The notes: generated from the letters alone by a model not told the origin. A stretch of 32,000 nucleotides of DNA from Desulfotalea psychrophila LSv54 (GCF_000025945.1 NC_006138.1:1020001-1052000); one strand, 5' to 3'. Shown: positions 17,534 to 27,548, counted from the first letter of the stretch. Program-made: numbers and translations.

Positions 17534-19066
17534 TTATACGCCCTCCGGTCCTATTTTAATTTGTTTGAGCATAATTTTAACTTCGGCGATTAACAATGCG
17601 GTAAAAATTATGAGGAAAATAAAGAAGCTTGCCTGTACATGGCCGACGCCAATATTGGTTGTGGCAACACTTACCGGCATAAGATCTTGAATGGCCCATG
17701 GTTGCCGTCCTACCTCTGCCACAATCCAGCCGGATTCCGAGGCGATGATTCCCAAAAAGAAGGAGGGGACTCCAAGACGGAGCAGCCATCTCTTTTTCAT
17801 AAGCGTACCCTTAAGGCTTGTAATGAGGAAGAGAAGGAAGAGGAGTCCAATGGCGACCCCGGAAAATACCATGATGTGAAATGTGTAGAAGGTGAGGGCG
17901 ACCGGGGGGACGGCCTCTTCTGCTTTCTGCAGGTAGCCATATCCCAGATAGTTTTGGTTGGTCCTGAACGCTTCCAGGGCTATTTGGGCCGTAGCTTTAT
18001 TATCTGTTTTTTTTGCCTCTTTATAGGCGAGAAGGCTATTTACGGCCTGTTTGCCGAGGACCATTTTTTCCTCAACTCCCATGATATTCTGTTCAGCATT
18101 GCCGTAAACGAGGTCGTTGATACCCGGAACAAAGCTGTTGATATCGCGGTTGGCAAGAAGGGAGAGTCCCTTAGGGATGGATATTTCAAAGAGGAAGGGC
18201 TCTTGGCTGTCACCCGCCCTTTTCGCCGCGTTGGGTATGCCGAAGGCGACAATGGGGGTGCCGATTTGGCCGTTGAATAAACCCTCATAGGCAGCAAGCT
18301 TCATGGGTTGGGTGTGTCCGTTGGCAAAACCTGATTCGTCACCGGTAAAGGCGGTGTATCCAGTGCCCAAAAGGCCAAAAACAGAGGCAACAATAATAGA
18401 TTTTTTGGCCATATCCGTGTGGCGATTTTTCAGCAGGTACCAGCTGGATACGGTGATGATAAAGAGGGATCCGACCATAAAACTTGAGGCTGTGGTATGG
18501 GTGAATTTGGCAATAGCCACCGGGGAGAGGAGTACCTCCCAAAAATTTTGCATCTCAAAGCGGACGGTATCGGGGTTGAAGGCCATACCAACGGGGTGTT
18601 GCATCCAGCCATTGGCCACCAGAATCCACAGGGCAGAAAGACTGGAGCCGACGGCAACCATCCAGGTGGCAAAGAGATGGGATCCTCTTGAAATACGGTT
18701 CCAACCAAAGAACATTACGGCAAAGAAGGTGGCTTCCAGGAAAAAGGCAAGGATTCCCTCAATTGCCAGTGGTGCCCCAAAGATATCACCCACCATCCAG
18801 GAATAGTTGGACCAGTTGGTGCCGAATTGAAACTCCAGGATGATTCCGGTGGCAACGCCAATGGCAAAGTTGATACCGAAGAGTGTCATCCAAAACTTTG
18901 TGATATTCTTCCACTCCTCTCTGCCTGTTTTGACATAGATAGTCTCAAAAAAAGCACAGAGGAATGAAAGCCCCAGGGTAAGTGGGACGAAAATCCAGTG
19001 ATAAAGTGCTGTTAGAGCAAACTGGGCCCGGGACCAGTTCACTAAACTTAGATCAATTTCACCCAT
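17534..19066 (-). CDS. cydA: Cytochrome bd oxidase subunit I (long Q-loop length class)
   Basis: LSRAQFALTALYHWIFVPLTLG, GWMQHPVG and EVGRQPW motifs. Length is 510 aa. Confidence 0.95.
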   Translation of the reverse strand: MGEIDLSLVNWSRAQFALTALYHWIFVPLTLGLSFLCAFFETIYVKTGREEWKNITKFWMTLFGINFAIGVATGIILEFQFGTNWSNYSWMVGDIFGAPLAIEGILAFFLEATFFAVMFFGWNRISRGSHLFATWMVAVGSSLSALWILVANGWMQHPVGMAFNPDTVRFEMQNFWEVLLSPVAIAKFTHTTASSFMVGSLFIITVSSWYLLKNRHTDMAKKSIIVASVFGLLGTGYTAFTGDESGFANGHTQPMKLAAYEGLFNGQIGTPIVAFGIPNAAKRAGDSQEPFLFEISIPKGLSLLANRDINSFVPGINDLVYGNAEQNIMGVEEKMVLGKQAVNSLLAYKEAKKTDNKATAQIALEAFRTNQNYLGYGYLQKAEEAVPPVALTFYTFHIMVFSGVAIGLLFLLFLITSLKGTLMKKRWLLRLGVPSFFLGIIASESGWIVAEVGRQPWAIQDLMPVSVATTNIGVGHVQASFFIFLIIFTALLIAEVKIMLKQIKIGPEGV

Positions 19067-19080
19067 GAAACGCTCCTTCT

Positions 19081-19311
19081 TTATAATTTGTCTTTAGCGG
19101 GCGTTGTAATTTGTTCCATCACATGCTCTGCCCGTTCTTGGTTCGTGGTAAAGTTTGTATTAAGGTAGTTCGGAAAAAAGAATATTTTAAGAATTGCAAA
19201 TATTATAAACAACTTAATTAAGATGATCTTCCATAGGGCTTTTCCCACGGTCATATGTCGAAAGCCATCGCGATAGAATCGAAAGATCTTTATTGGAATA
19301 TGGTTGGACAT
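19081..19311 (-). CDS. DUF4492-like small membrane protein preceding cydA
   Basis: FYRDGFRHMTVGKALWKIILIKLFIIFAILKIFFFPNYL matches, from memory, the DUF4492 pattern found upstream of cydAB. It lies 14 nt upstream of cydA. Confidence 0.7.
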   Translation of the reverse strand: MSNHIPIKIFRFYRDGFRHMTVGKALWKIILIKLFIIFAILKIFFFPNYLNTNFTTNQERAEHVMEQITTPAKDKL

Positions 19312-19474
19312 GTGGCGCCTTTTGTAGGATCTGCAAAGTTAAGATATAAAAATTAAAGCGTTTCTTGTTGCTGGAATCAACAGTAAACTATCCTTTTACT
19401 TTTATTGGCATATATAAACTACTCGTGGGATAGCGTCAATAATAATAATCATTGTCGTTTCGCCGAGCTCTTTT

Positions 19475-19498
19475 CCGGAAGAAGTTATCTTTTTCCGG
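19475..19498. other. Hairpin / direct repeat (TTTTCCGGA x2, 20-bp phasing) in the divergent cyd-glnB control region
   Basis: ccggaagaa (19475-19483), loop gttatc, tttttccgg (19490-19498). Equivalently, TTTTCCGGA occurs at 19471 and at 19491. Confidence 0.3.
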
Positions 19499-19622
19499 AT
19501 ATTTCCTGTTACTTTTTTAGGGAGGATAAATCCTACCCTTCTGCTCTGCTGACTATGGTAAGATAGTTGGGTTGATATGTTTGCTTGTTGCGGGCAGGGG
19601 AGGTTCTGGCTTTTCCCTGTGA

Positions 19623-19991
<369 letters not shown>

Positions 19992-22562
19992 ATGGAATTA
20001 CAATTTCAGGCAGGTCGGCAAGAATTGGAAAAACTTTGGGATCAGGGTGTCTCGGGTAATGAGCTTTTGAGGAAACAGAGCCTGCTTGTGGATGATTTTG
20101 TCCGTTCATCCTTTGCCGGTTCAGGTGCCGATGTGGGTTTTGCCGTTGTGGCCCTTGGTGGTTATGGGCGAGTGGAGCTTTATCCCTATTCAGACATAGA
20201 TATTATGATCCTCTACTCTCCTGAGTTACAGGAGCAGGCGGCAGGTGTTGCAGACAGTGTTTTGTACCCGCTTTGGGATACGGGGCTGGATATTGGTCAT
20301 GGTGTACGTACCATCGCCGAATCTATTGCCCATGCAGAGGGGGACTACCTGTTCCAGGTATCTCTGCTCGATGCTCGTCTCATATGTGGAGATGCTGCTC
20401 TTTTTGCTGATCTGCAGCTGGCCTATAGGGAGCAATTTATAGATGGTTGCAGAAGGAATTTTGTCATTGAGATGAAAGCGCGTCGGAGTGCAAGGTGCGA
20501 TCGTTTTGGCACCCATAGTTATCTGCTTGAACCACAGGTGAAGGAGGGCAGGGGAGGGATGCGTGATCTGCAGGCCATGTTCTGGACCGCTCGGGTTGTC
20601 TTTGGCTTGACAGGTTTGGATGATATTGCTGAAGCTGGCCTGCTTACAATCGATGAGAAGAGACTCTTTCTGCAGTCATGGGATTTGCTTGTCCGTCTGC
20701 GCATCCGTTTGCACTATATGAGTGGAAGAAAAAATGATCAACTCTACTTTGAGCAGCAGCTTGATATGGCGGAGGCCTTTGGCTATGTGGAGGGGGGAGG
20801 CATGCTTCCCGTCGAGGCCTTTATGCGTGATCTCTACTCGCATTTGCAGAATATAGCTCTGGTGACAGATCTGTTTTTTGATCATATCGATGAAACTCTG
20901 GGCCTGGATACCAATATGTCAGATTTTCAGGACAGGCTTATTGAAAAGGGAATAGAGGTGCGGCAGGGGAGGATTCATCTTGTTGCAGATGGGCGTCAAC
21001 TTAAGGGCAAGCCTCATATCTTGATACGAGTTTTTCTGGTTATGGCGCGTATGGGTCTGCCTCTGCACTATCGAACCCGTAAGCTTATTGCTGCTAATAT
21101 GGATCTGATAACGGATAAGGTGCGTCGTTCTCCACGAATGGTTAAGCCTTTTTTGGCCCTCTTTGATGAGGCAAAAGATATATTTTCCGTCCTGAATGTA
21201 ATGCTTGAGACGGGTATGTTGCCCACCTTTCTCCCGGAATTTACTCAGGTGGTAAGTCTTGCCCAGCATGATCTCTATCACATCTATACCGTTGACCGAC
21301 ACTCTCTGCAGACGGTGTCAGAGCTACGTGATGTTTTTCTCGAATTTCCGCAGGTGGCCGCTTTGGTGGAAGAAAAATCTTTGCTTTACCTTGCCGCTTT
21401 GCTGCATGATATAGGCAAGGGCTCTGGCAGGGATCACTCTGAAGAAGGTGCTCTGTTGGTGGGGGCTGTGGCAGAACGTTTTGCTCTAGCTGGCGATAGT
21501 GCTGATGATTTGAGCTTTCTTGTCCGCTATCACCTTTTTATCCCGGAGAATGCCCTGCGTCGAGATTTGAATGATGCCGCCTTTATTCAACGTTGTGCAG
21601 AAACTGTTGGAACTCTTCCTCGTCTGGCCATGCTCTATCTTCTCTCTGTATCAGATTCTCGGGCTACGGGCCCTTCGGCCTGGAGTGATTGGAAGGCCTC
21701 TCTTATGCATGAGATGTACTTAAAGGTGCTGTCGGCCATAGAAAATCAGGCCACTGTCTCTTGCGGGGATGATCTGCAGGAGCAGGTGGATCAGGGGGTA
21801 GAGTGGTTGCGTTCTCAGGTGCAGGAAAAGATAGATACCCAAGGCCTCTTCTTTGATTTGGCGGTGTTACCTGCTGATTATTTGTTGGCTTTTTCCTCTG
21901 AGGATGTCCTCGCGCATGTTCAGCTTTGTTTGCAACACCAGAGGCTTCTCAGGCAGAAATCCTTGGTGAAGGTTTTTGAGGGTGAGGATGATTGGAAGAT
22001 ACTGTTGATGTCCCACGATCGTCCTGGGCTGCTGGCTAAGCTCTGTGGGGTTTTGGCTCTGCATAATCTTGCTGTTGCCATGGCCCAAATTTTTACCTGG
22101 GAGGATGGTGTCATTGTTGATGTGGTTACCGTGCGTCCTCAGGATGGTGCTGGATTTAGTGATAAGGACTGGGATAGCTTCCGGGCCGATATCGATTTAG
22201 CCCTTTCGCACCGTCTTGATTTGGGTCATAAACTCTATCAGAAATGGCAGACCACCTATGGCCGAAAGGCTGAGCTTGTCGGAGCCATAGATCCACGGGT
22301 GGTGGTGGATAATGAGAGTTCGGATACATATTCGGTGTTGGAGGTTTATGCCGTTGACCGTCCTCATCTGCTCTATCATCTTGCCCAAACTTTGGCGGAT
22401 TTTGGGGTGAATATTTATAAGGCCTATATTGCCACCGAGGTTGAGCAGTTGATTGATGTTTTTTATGTGCTTGATTCTCGAGGGGAAAAACTTTTAGGAG
22501 ATTCACTGAGAGAGGATATTGTTCAGGCTCTGTGCAAAACACTAAGTAAAACGGAACTTTAA
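19992..22562 (+). CDS. glnD: Bifunctional [protein-PII] uridylyltransferase/uridylyl-removing enzyme
   Basis: Nucleotidyltransferase motif GGYGRVELYPYSDIDIMIL, HD domain LHDIGKG, and two C-terminal ACT-like repeats. The ATG directly abuts the glnB TAA. Confidence 0.92.
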   Translation: MELQFQAGRQELEKLWDQGVSGNELLRKQSLLVDDFVRSSFAGSGADVGFAVVALGGYGRVELYPYSDIDIMILYSPELQEQAAGVADSVLYPLWDTGLDIGHGVRTIAESIAHAEGDYLFQVSLLDARLICGDAALFADLQLAYREQFIDGCRRNFVIEMKARRSARCDRFGTHSYLLEPQVKEGRGGMRDLQAMFWTARVVFGLTGLDDIAEAGLLTIDEKRLFLQSWDLLVRLRIRLHYMSGRKNDQLYFEQQLDMAEAFGYVEGGGMLPVEAFMRDLYSHLQNIALVTDLFFDHIDETLGLDTNMSDFQDRLIEKGIEVRQGRIHLVADGRQLKGKPHILIRVFLVMARMGLPLHYRTRKLIAANMDLITDKVRRSPRMVKPFLALFDEAKDIFSVLNVMLETGMLPTFLPEFTQVVSLAQHDLYHIYTVDRHSLQTVSELRDVFLEFPQVAALVEEKSLLYLAALLHDIGKGSGRDHSEEGALLVGAVAERFALAGDSADDLSFLVRYHLFIPENALRRDLNDAAFIQRCAETVGTLPRLAMLYLLSVSDSRATGPSAWSDWKASLMHEMYLKVLSAIENQATVSCGDDLQEQVDQGVEWLRSQVQEKIDTQGLFFDLAVLPADYLLAFSSEDVLAHVQLCLQHQRLLRQKSLVKVFEGEDDWKILLMSHDRPGLLAKLCGVLALHNLAVAMAQIFTWEDGVIVDVVTVRPQDGAGFSDKDWDSFRADIDLALSHRLDLGHKLYQKWQTTYGRKAELVGAIDPRVVVDNESSDTYSVLEVYAVDRPHLLYHLAQTLADFGVNIYKAYIATEVEQLIDVFYVLDSRGEKLLGDSLREDIVQALCKTLSKTEL

Positions 22563-22752
22563 TATGATTTTTCCCTGTTTTCTGGTATAAGGGGGGCAGG
22601 CTTGGTTATAGAAAAAAGTAACAAACATGTAACAAAAGTTAATTTGCCTGTTGCAATATTTGTCAGAAATGTTAATAAGATTTCGATGAAGTTTACTGTA
22701 CAAAAGGCATTATGAATCAGCTGAAAATCTACCAGTGTAAAGGAGATCGGGG

Positions 22753-24081
22753 ATGACCAGAGAAGAGATTATGAAGATTGTTGAGGAAGAAAATATTCAA
22801 TATTTTCGCCTCCAGTTTGTAGATATTCTAGGACACATGAAAAACGTTGCTGTGCCCAAAAGCCAAATTGGCAAGGCTCTCGACGGTCAGATGATGTTTG
22901 ATGGTTCTTCCATTGATGGCTTTGTTCGTATTAACGAGTCAGATATGTATCTCAAACCTGACTATAATACCTTCTGCGTGCTTCCCTGGAGAAACAAGAA
23001 TGGTAGAGGCGTTGCGAGGATTATCTGTGACGTGCATAAGGCAGATGAGACGCCTTTTGAGGGTTGCCCACGGGTGAATCTCAAGCGTGTACTTGCAGAA
23101 GCCAAAGAGCTTGGTTACACCATGAATGTTGGAACTGAAGCAGAGTTCTTTCTCTTTGAGCAAGATGAAAAAGGTCGTGCGACCACTATTACCAATGATG
23201 TGGCGAATTATTTTTCTCTTGATCCAGAAGATTCAGGTAATGATTGTCGTCGTGAAATCATTGAAACCCTTGAGAAGATGGGCTTTGAGATCGAGGCTTC
23301 CCATCACGAGGTTGCTGAAGGACAGCACGAAATTAGTTTTAAATATGCCGATGCCCTGGCAACTGCGGATAATACTGTAACCTTTAAGTGGGTTGTGAAG
23401 TCTATTGCCCGTCAGTATGGCTTGCACGCGACCTTTATGCCAAAACCTATTTTTGGTGTTAATGGTTCTGGTATGCACACCAATCAGTCTCTTTTTAATA
23501 TTGATGGCACCAACGCCTTCTTTGACGAGTCTGATCCACTTCAGCTTTCTCCTGTTGCCTATTCGTATATTGCCGGTTCCCTTAAGCATGCACTTGTCTG
23601 TACTGCAGTGAACAATCCCTTGGTAAACTCCTATAAGCGCCTTGTTCCCGGTTATGAGGCTCCTGTTTATGCTGCCTGGTCTGCGTCTAACAGATCAGCG
23701 CTTGTGCGTATTCCTGCCTCTCGTGGGCTCTCTACCCGTACAGAAATGCGTTCTCCCGATCCATCATGTAACCCATATCTTGCCCTGGCTATGCAACTCA
23801 ATGCCGGCCTTGATGGTGTGAGGAATAATGCGACTCCTCCGGCTGCAGTAGATCAGGATATCTTCAGTATGAGCAATGCAGAGATGGATGAGGTTGGTAT
23901 TAAGGTATTGCCTGGTTCTCTTAAGGAGGCCGTTGATGAGTTGAAGGGCAGTCCTCTTGCCAAGGAAACTTTGGGCGCACATATCTTCGAGAAGTTTATC
24001 GAGGCGAAGGAAAAAGAGTGGGAAAGTTATAGAATTGCTGTGACTAACTGGGAAATTGAAGAGTATCTCAATGTTTACTAG
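22753..24081 (+). CDS. glnA: Glutamine synthetase type I (GSI-alpha-like, 442 aa)
   Basis: [50 protein letters not shown] and the [13 protein letters not shown]...RIP motifs. The position aligned with the adenylylation Tyr (NLYDLP) reads DIFSMS. Confidence 0.95.
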   Translation: MTREEIMKIVEEENIQYFRLQFVDILGHMKNVAVPKSQIGKALDGQMMFDGSSIDGFVRINESDMYLKPDYNTFCVLPWRNKNGRGVARIICDVHKADETPFEGCPRVNLKRVLAEAKELGYTMNVGTEAEFFLFEQDEKGRATTITNDVANYFSLDPEDSGNDCRREIIETLEKMGFEIEASHHEVAEGQHEISFKYADALATADNTVTFKWVVKSIARQYGLHATFMPKPIFGVNGSGMHTNQSLFNIDGTNAFFDESDPLQLSPVAYSYIAGSLKHALVCTAVNNPLVNSYKRLVPGYEAPVYAAWSASNRSALVRIPASRGLSTRTEMRSPDPSCNPYLALAMQLNAGLDGVRNNATPPAAVDQDIFSMSNAEMDEVGIKVLPGSLKEAVDELKGSPLAKETLGAHIFEKFIEAKEKEWESYRIAVTNWEIEEYLNVY

Positions 24082-24107
24082 AAAGTTTTTGTAAAAGAGT
24101 TTTTATA

Positions 24108-24142
24108 AGGGGCATCTCATTTATGAGATGCCCCTTTTTTTT
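24108..24142. terminator. Bidirectional terminator between glnA (+) and sulP (-)
   Basis: Stem aggggcatctca (24108-24119) / tgagatgcccct (24124-24135) followed by T8. The stem contains the sulP stop codon. Confidence 0.85.
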
Positions 24143-25958
24143 GTACTTTGCCATGGGAGCAGGATCCCATATAGAGCTCTCTCTTTAAGTAGTCTTCTTT
24201 CAGTGCCAGTAGTTCTTTGTTGTGTTCTTCAGAGAGGCACTCTGCAAATATACGCACGGTGCAGTCTGCACATATGTTTCGATCCAGCTTTTGGAAGATT
24301 GTGTTGATGGCCTCGACCTTTGACTGGAAAAAATGTTTTTGACCAATATGGTCGAGCAGGTACTGGTGCTCAGTGCTTGCCTTGTGGGCAAGGTCATGGT
24401 CCACAAAGTAAAGCCCGCCCCCTATTTTGCGCAGTTGGTTGTTCTCGTTGACTAGGGCCTCTGCTCCGGTGAGATCAATGCCGTTTATACCAAAAGCCAC
24501 TATCAGGATATGTTTTATCTTTTCCTTTTCAATGATGTTGGAGATATGGTTGAGGATATAGCTTACAGAGCCAAAGTAGATCGGGGTGTCGATTCTGATA
24601 ATTTTAAATTGGGGACACTCAGCGCAAACATCCTCGCATACCTCTATGAAGTGGTTGCTTCCCGTTCGGGTAGGGATGGGGCAAAGTGAGGGGATGTACG
24701 GCGTTGAGGTTCTGGCCAGGAATATCATCAGGGAGAGGAGTACTCCAAAGCTGATAGCAAATTCGATGTGGACGAAGAGGGTGCCGAAGAAGGTGACTGC
24801 CAGAATGGCAGTCTCGGAGCGATGATGTTCGATAATTTCTTTTATCTGCTTGAAATTAATTAGGTTGTATCCAACCAGGAAGATAACTCCGCCCATGGCG
24901 GAGACAGGCAGATATGCTGTCATCGGCGCAACCAAGAGCACGATAAGCATCAATAAGATTGCGGCAAATATGGCAGAGAGAGGGGTCTTTGCCCCTGCTT
25001 CGTAGTTGAGGCCGGATCTGGTGAAGGAGCCGGAGGCTGCATAGCATGAGAAAAAACTTCCCGTTATATTGGCCAGGCCTTGGGCGATAAATTCCTGGTT
25101 TGAGTCGAGTTTTTGGTTGGATTTGGCGGCAATAGAACGGCTGATGGATGTTGCCTCAATGAGTCCGATGAGTGCTATTGCCAGCCCCTCTGGGGCCAGT
25201 CTTCTTAGGGAGGCCATGCTGAATGTGGGGCTCGATAACTGGGGTAGTTGGGCAGGGATTTCTGCCACAAATGTAATTGTTTCAGTGTAGTTTTTTAAAA
25301 AGAGGGCAAGGATGCTGCCGAAGATCATGCCGGCCAGAAGGTTGGGTGCGCGGGGAAATATTTTTTTGCTAATAAGAGCAACAGCTAAGGTGGCAAGGGC
25401 AATTCCGAGGGCATAGGGGTTTATCTTTTCTAGCTGTGCAAAGAGGCTGATCCATGTATTGTAGAATGACTGGCCTTTGGCGAAGCTTATGCCGGTAACG
25501 CTTTTTAGTTGGCTGGTCATAACCAAGATTGCCGAGCCAGCAGTAAAGCCTGTTATTACCGAATGGGAGACGAAGTTGATCAGTGATCCCAGCCGTAGTG
25601 CGCCAAAGATGAGCTGGTATACGCCTGCCAAAAAAGTGACCATGAGTGCCATGGAGATGAATTCAGGTGTGCCTGCCTCCGCAAAGCGACTGACGCTGGC
25701 AAAGACAATGATGGAGATGGCGGTCGTTGGCCCTGAAACAAGATGGTAGGATGATCCGAAGAGGGCGGCTATGATGGGGATGACAATGGCGGTATAGAGT
25801 CCGTATTGAGGCGGAAGTCCGGCAATTGTTGCAAAGGCAACGCCCTGAGGAAGGACAATGATAGCTCCTGTAAGACCTGCCATGAAATCAAGCTTTACTG
25901 TTTCGGCATTGAGGAGCTTGAACCATTGGGTACAGGGGAAAAACTTTTTTATAGTCAT
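24117..25958 (-). CDS. SulP-family anion (sulfate/bicarbonate) transporter with a C-terminal STAS domain
   Basis: GLTGAIIVLPQGVAFATIAGLPPQYGLYTA and ANQEFIAQGLANI-type motifs, about 11 TM segments, and a STAS-like segment FKIIRIDTPIYFGS. Confidence 0.88.
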   Translation of the reverse strand: MTIKKFFPCTQWFKLLNAETVKLDFMAGLTGAIIVLPQGVAFATIAGLPPQYGLYTAIVIPIIAALFGSSYHLVSGPTTAISIIVFASVSRFAEAGTPEFISMALMVTFLAGVYQLIFGALRLGSLINFVSHSVITGFTAGSAILVMTSQLKSVTGISFAKGQSFYNTWISLFAQLEKINPYALGIALATLAVALISKKIFPRAPNLLAGMIFGSILALFLKNYTETITFVAEIPAQLPQLSSPTFSMASLRRLAPEGLAIALIGLIEATSISRSIAAKSNQKLDSNQEFIAQGLANITGSFFSCYAASGSFTRSGLNYEAGAKTPLSAIFAAILLMLIVLLVAPMTAYLPVSAMGGVIFLVGYNLINFKQIKEIIEHHRSETAILAVTFFGTLFVHIEFAISFGVLLSLMIFLARTSTPYIPSLCPIPTRTGSNHFIEVCEDVCAECPQFKIIRIDTPIYFGSVSYILNHISNIIEKEKIKHILIVAFGINGIDLTGAEALVNENNQLRKIGGGLYFVDHDLAHKASTEHQYLLDHIGQKHFFQSKVEAINTIFQKLDRNICADCTVRIFAECLSEEHNKELLALKEDYLKRELYMGSCSHGKVQKKGASHK

Positions 25959-26183
25959 AGTTGCACTGTGAATTATTAGTTTTTCTAAGGTTATGTATCA
26001 GTTCTACTGTTATAATTTTTACCTCTTCTTCTTCTTACATGCCAGTGAAAAAAAACATAGAGTGTTGATGAGGAGGGGGCGCGGGGTGTTGGTTGATGCT
26101 TCTGTTTGTTTTAGCGGATTTTTTAAAGTTGGCCAGGTCTCTCTTTTTGTTGACAGGGTTGGCGTTTTGAGGAGAGATGGATA

Positions 26184-26648
26184 ATGAGGAAAAAATCATC
26201 TACAAAAGATGTTACATCCCTACTTCCGGGTCTTGTTCGTGCTAAGGGATGGGAGGTAGAGCTAGAACGTTACGATGTCTTTCGTAATTGGGAAAAGCTA
26301 CTTGGTGAAGAGGTGGCAGGCTGTTCTGCTCCCCTTAAGGTAGAGCGAAATATACTTTGGGTGGAGGTAGAAAACTCTGTGTGGCTGCAACAGCTTCAAT
26401 ATCAGAAGGCGTGGATGCTTGATGAAATAAACGCCTTTTTGAAGCTCTCTAGTCTTGCTGACATAAAGTTATTAATCAAGAGTGGACGTCCTAAGGAAGA
26501 GAAAGAAGAAACTCGGATTGATTACAAGCCGCCAGCGGCCGCGGAGTTTGAAAAGTTTAAAGAAAAAACAGCCTGGATAGAGGATGAGGCCAGTCGTGAG
26601 GCCCTGCAAAATTTTTGGTATCTTTTTCATGCATGTAAGCGTAAATAA
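26184..26648 (+). CDS. DUF721/DciA-like protein (candidate replicative-helicase operator)
   Basis: ERYDVFRNWEKLLGEEVAGCSAPLKVERNILWVEVENSVWLQQLQYQK is the typical DUF721 core. The RBS gaggag precedes the ATG. Confidence 0.7.
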   Translation: MRKKSSTKDVTSLLPGLVRAKGWEVELERYDVFRNWEKLLGEEVAGCSAPLKVERNILWVEVENSVWLQQLQYQKAWMLDEINAFLKLSSLADIKLLIKSGRPKEEKEETRIDYKPPAAAEFEKFKEKTAWIEDEASREALQNFWYLFHACKRK

Positions 26649-26727
26649 AAAAGTTGAGTTCACCTAGAGGCTATCTCCTTGGCAAAAGGGTTTTTTTTGC
26701 CTTGTTGTGAGGGAGCTTTCTTGTGAT

Positions 26728-26756
26728 TTGACCTCTCTTGGTGGTAGAGAGGTCAA
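26728..26756. other. Perfect 11-bp inverted repeat (hairpin) between the dciA-like gene and tRNA-Arg
   Basis: ttgacctctct (26728-26738), loop tggtggt, agagaggtcaa (26746-26756). It is followed by A8, so it has no terminator geometry on either strand. Confidence 0.5.
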
Positions 26757-26764
26757 AAAAAATG

Positions 26765-26792
26765 TTGCTTTTTTAAAAACAACTATTAGTAT
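26765..26792 (+). promoter_or_regulatory. Candidate sigma70 promoter for tRNA-Arg
   Basis: TTGCTT (26765-26770), a 16-nt spacer, then TAGTAT (26787-26792), about 28 nt before the mature tRNA 5' end. Confidence 0.4.
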
Positions 26793-26820
26793 GTCACACG
26801 TCTTGAAGATGAGACCTTAT

Positions 26821-26897
<77 letters not shown>

Positions 26898-27030
26898 ATA
26901 AATATAAGGACGTGCAGTTTTTTGTTTGCAGGTACCTTTTTATTTTTCTGATCTTCTTCAGCGCTTATAGATCTTTCTTGTTCCTTTGGGACTGGAGTTT
27001 GAAATGAGTTGTTGGGTTGGTTGGGAGCAT

Positions 27031-27548
27031 CGTTGGGGAAAAAGTTTTTTCGACGATTATAAAAGATCCTATTGGGATGCAAGCATCTTTATAGGACACA
27101 TTAAAATAGTGGCAAGCATTTTATTTAGCTTGCCCTGTTTCAGCACTTTAGGTAAAGAAAAATTGTCGGATTTTATATATGTTGGACGCTTTCAGCATGG
27201 CAAGTACTACCTCTTGTTTGGAACATTAAACTTTATTTAGGAGATTTGTCATGGCTGAAGGAATTGTAAAATGGTTTAACGATGCGAAAGGTTTTGGTTT
27301 TATCGAGCAAGAAGGTGGAGATGACCTTTTCGTACACCACACCAGCATCAACGCTTCCGGTTTCAAAACCCTCGAAGAAGGTGCTCGCGTATCTTTTGAT
27401 ATCGAGGAAGGTCAAAAAGGACCTGCAGCTGCGAACGTTACCGCACTGTAATTCTTTTCGATATAGCTTGAGTAAGTCTCTCTGAGATTTATTTAGCTTC
27501 TGCATTGTAAAAGCCCCTTAGGATTTATCCTAAGGGGCTTTTTCTGTT
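27031..27548 (+). repeat. csp duplication unit, copy A (5' region + CDS + 3' UTR + terminator)
   Basis: Aligns by eye with 28281-28770. There are shared blocks in the 5' region (gttggggaaaa, aaaatagtgg, cactttaggtaaagaaaaa, ggtttggaacattaaac...atttaggagat), a near-identical CDS, and a shared 3' UTR (cagcttctgcattgtaaaagcccctt). Confidence 0.85.
27251..27451 (+). CDS. CspA-family cold-shock protein, copy 1
   Basis: [33 protein letters not shown] carries RNP1 (KGFGFI) and RNP2 (VFVHH-like). Length 66 aa, with the RBS taggaga. Confidence 0.97.
   Translation: MAEGIVKWFNDAKGFGFIEQEGGDDLFVHHTSINASGFKTLEEGARVSFDIEEGQKGPAAANVTAL

Noticed and set aside
17639-18806. Long + strand ORFs (213 aa, 167 aa and smaller) opposite cydA
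   Set aside because: They are antisense to a highly conserved membrane protein gene. Long open antisense frames are expected there, and there are no start signals or motifs.
25993-26184. 63-codon ORF upstream of the dciA-like gene
   Set aside because: The sequence is low-complexity (FYCYNFYLFFFL...), there is no RBS, and it lies in the divergent sulP/dciA promoter region.
27233-27505. 90-aa and 60-aa minus-strand ORFs, plus +2-frame ORFs, overlapping both csp genes
   Set aside because: They are duplicated only because the csp units are duplicated. They are antisense or off-frame to an unambiguous CspA-family CDS.
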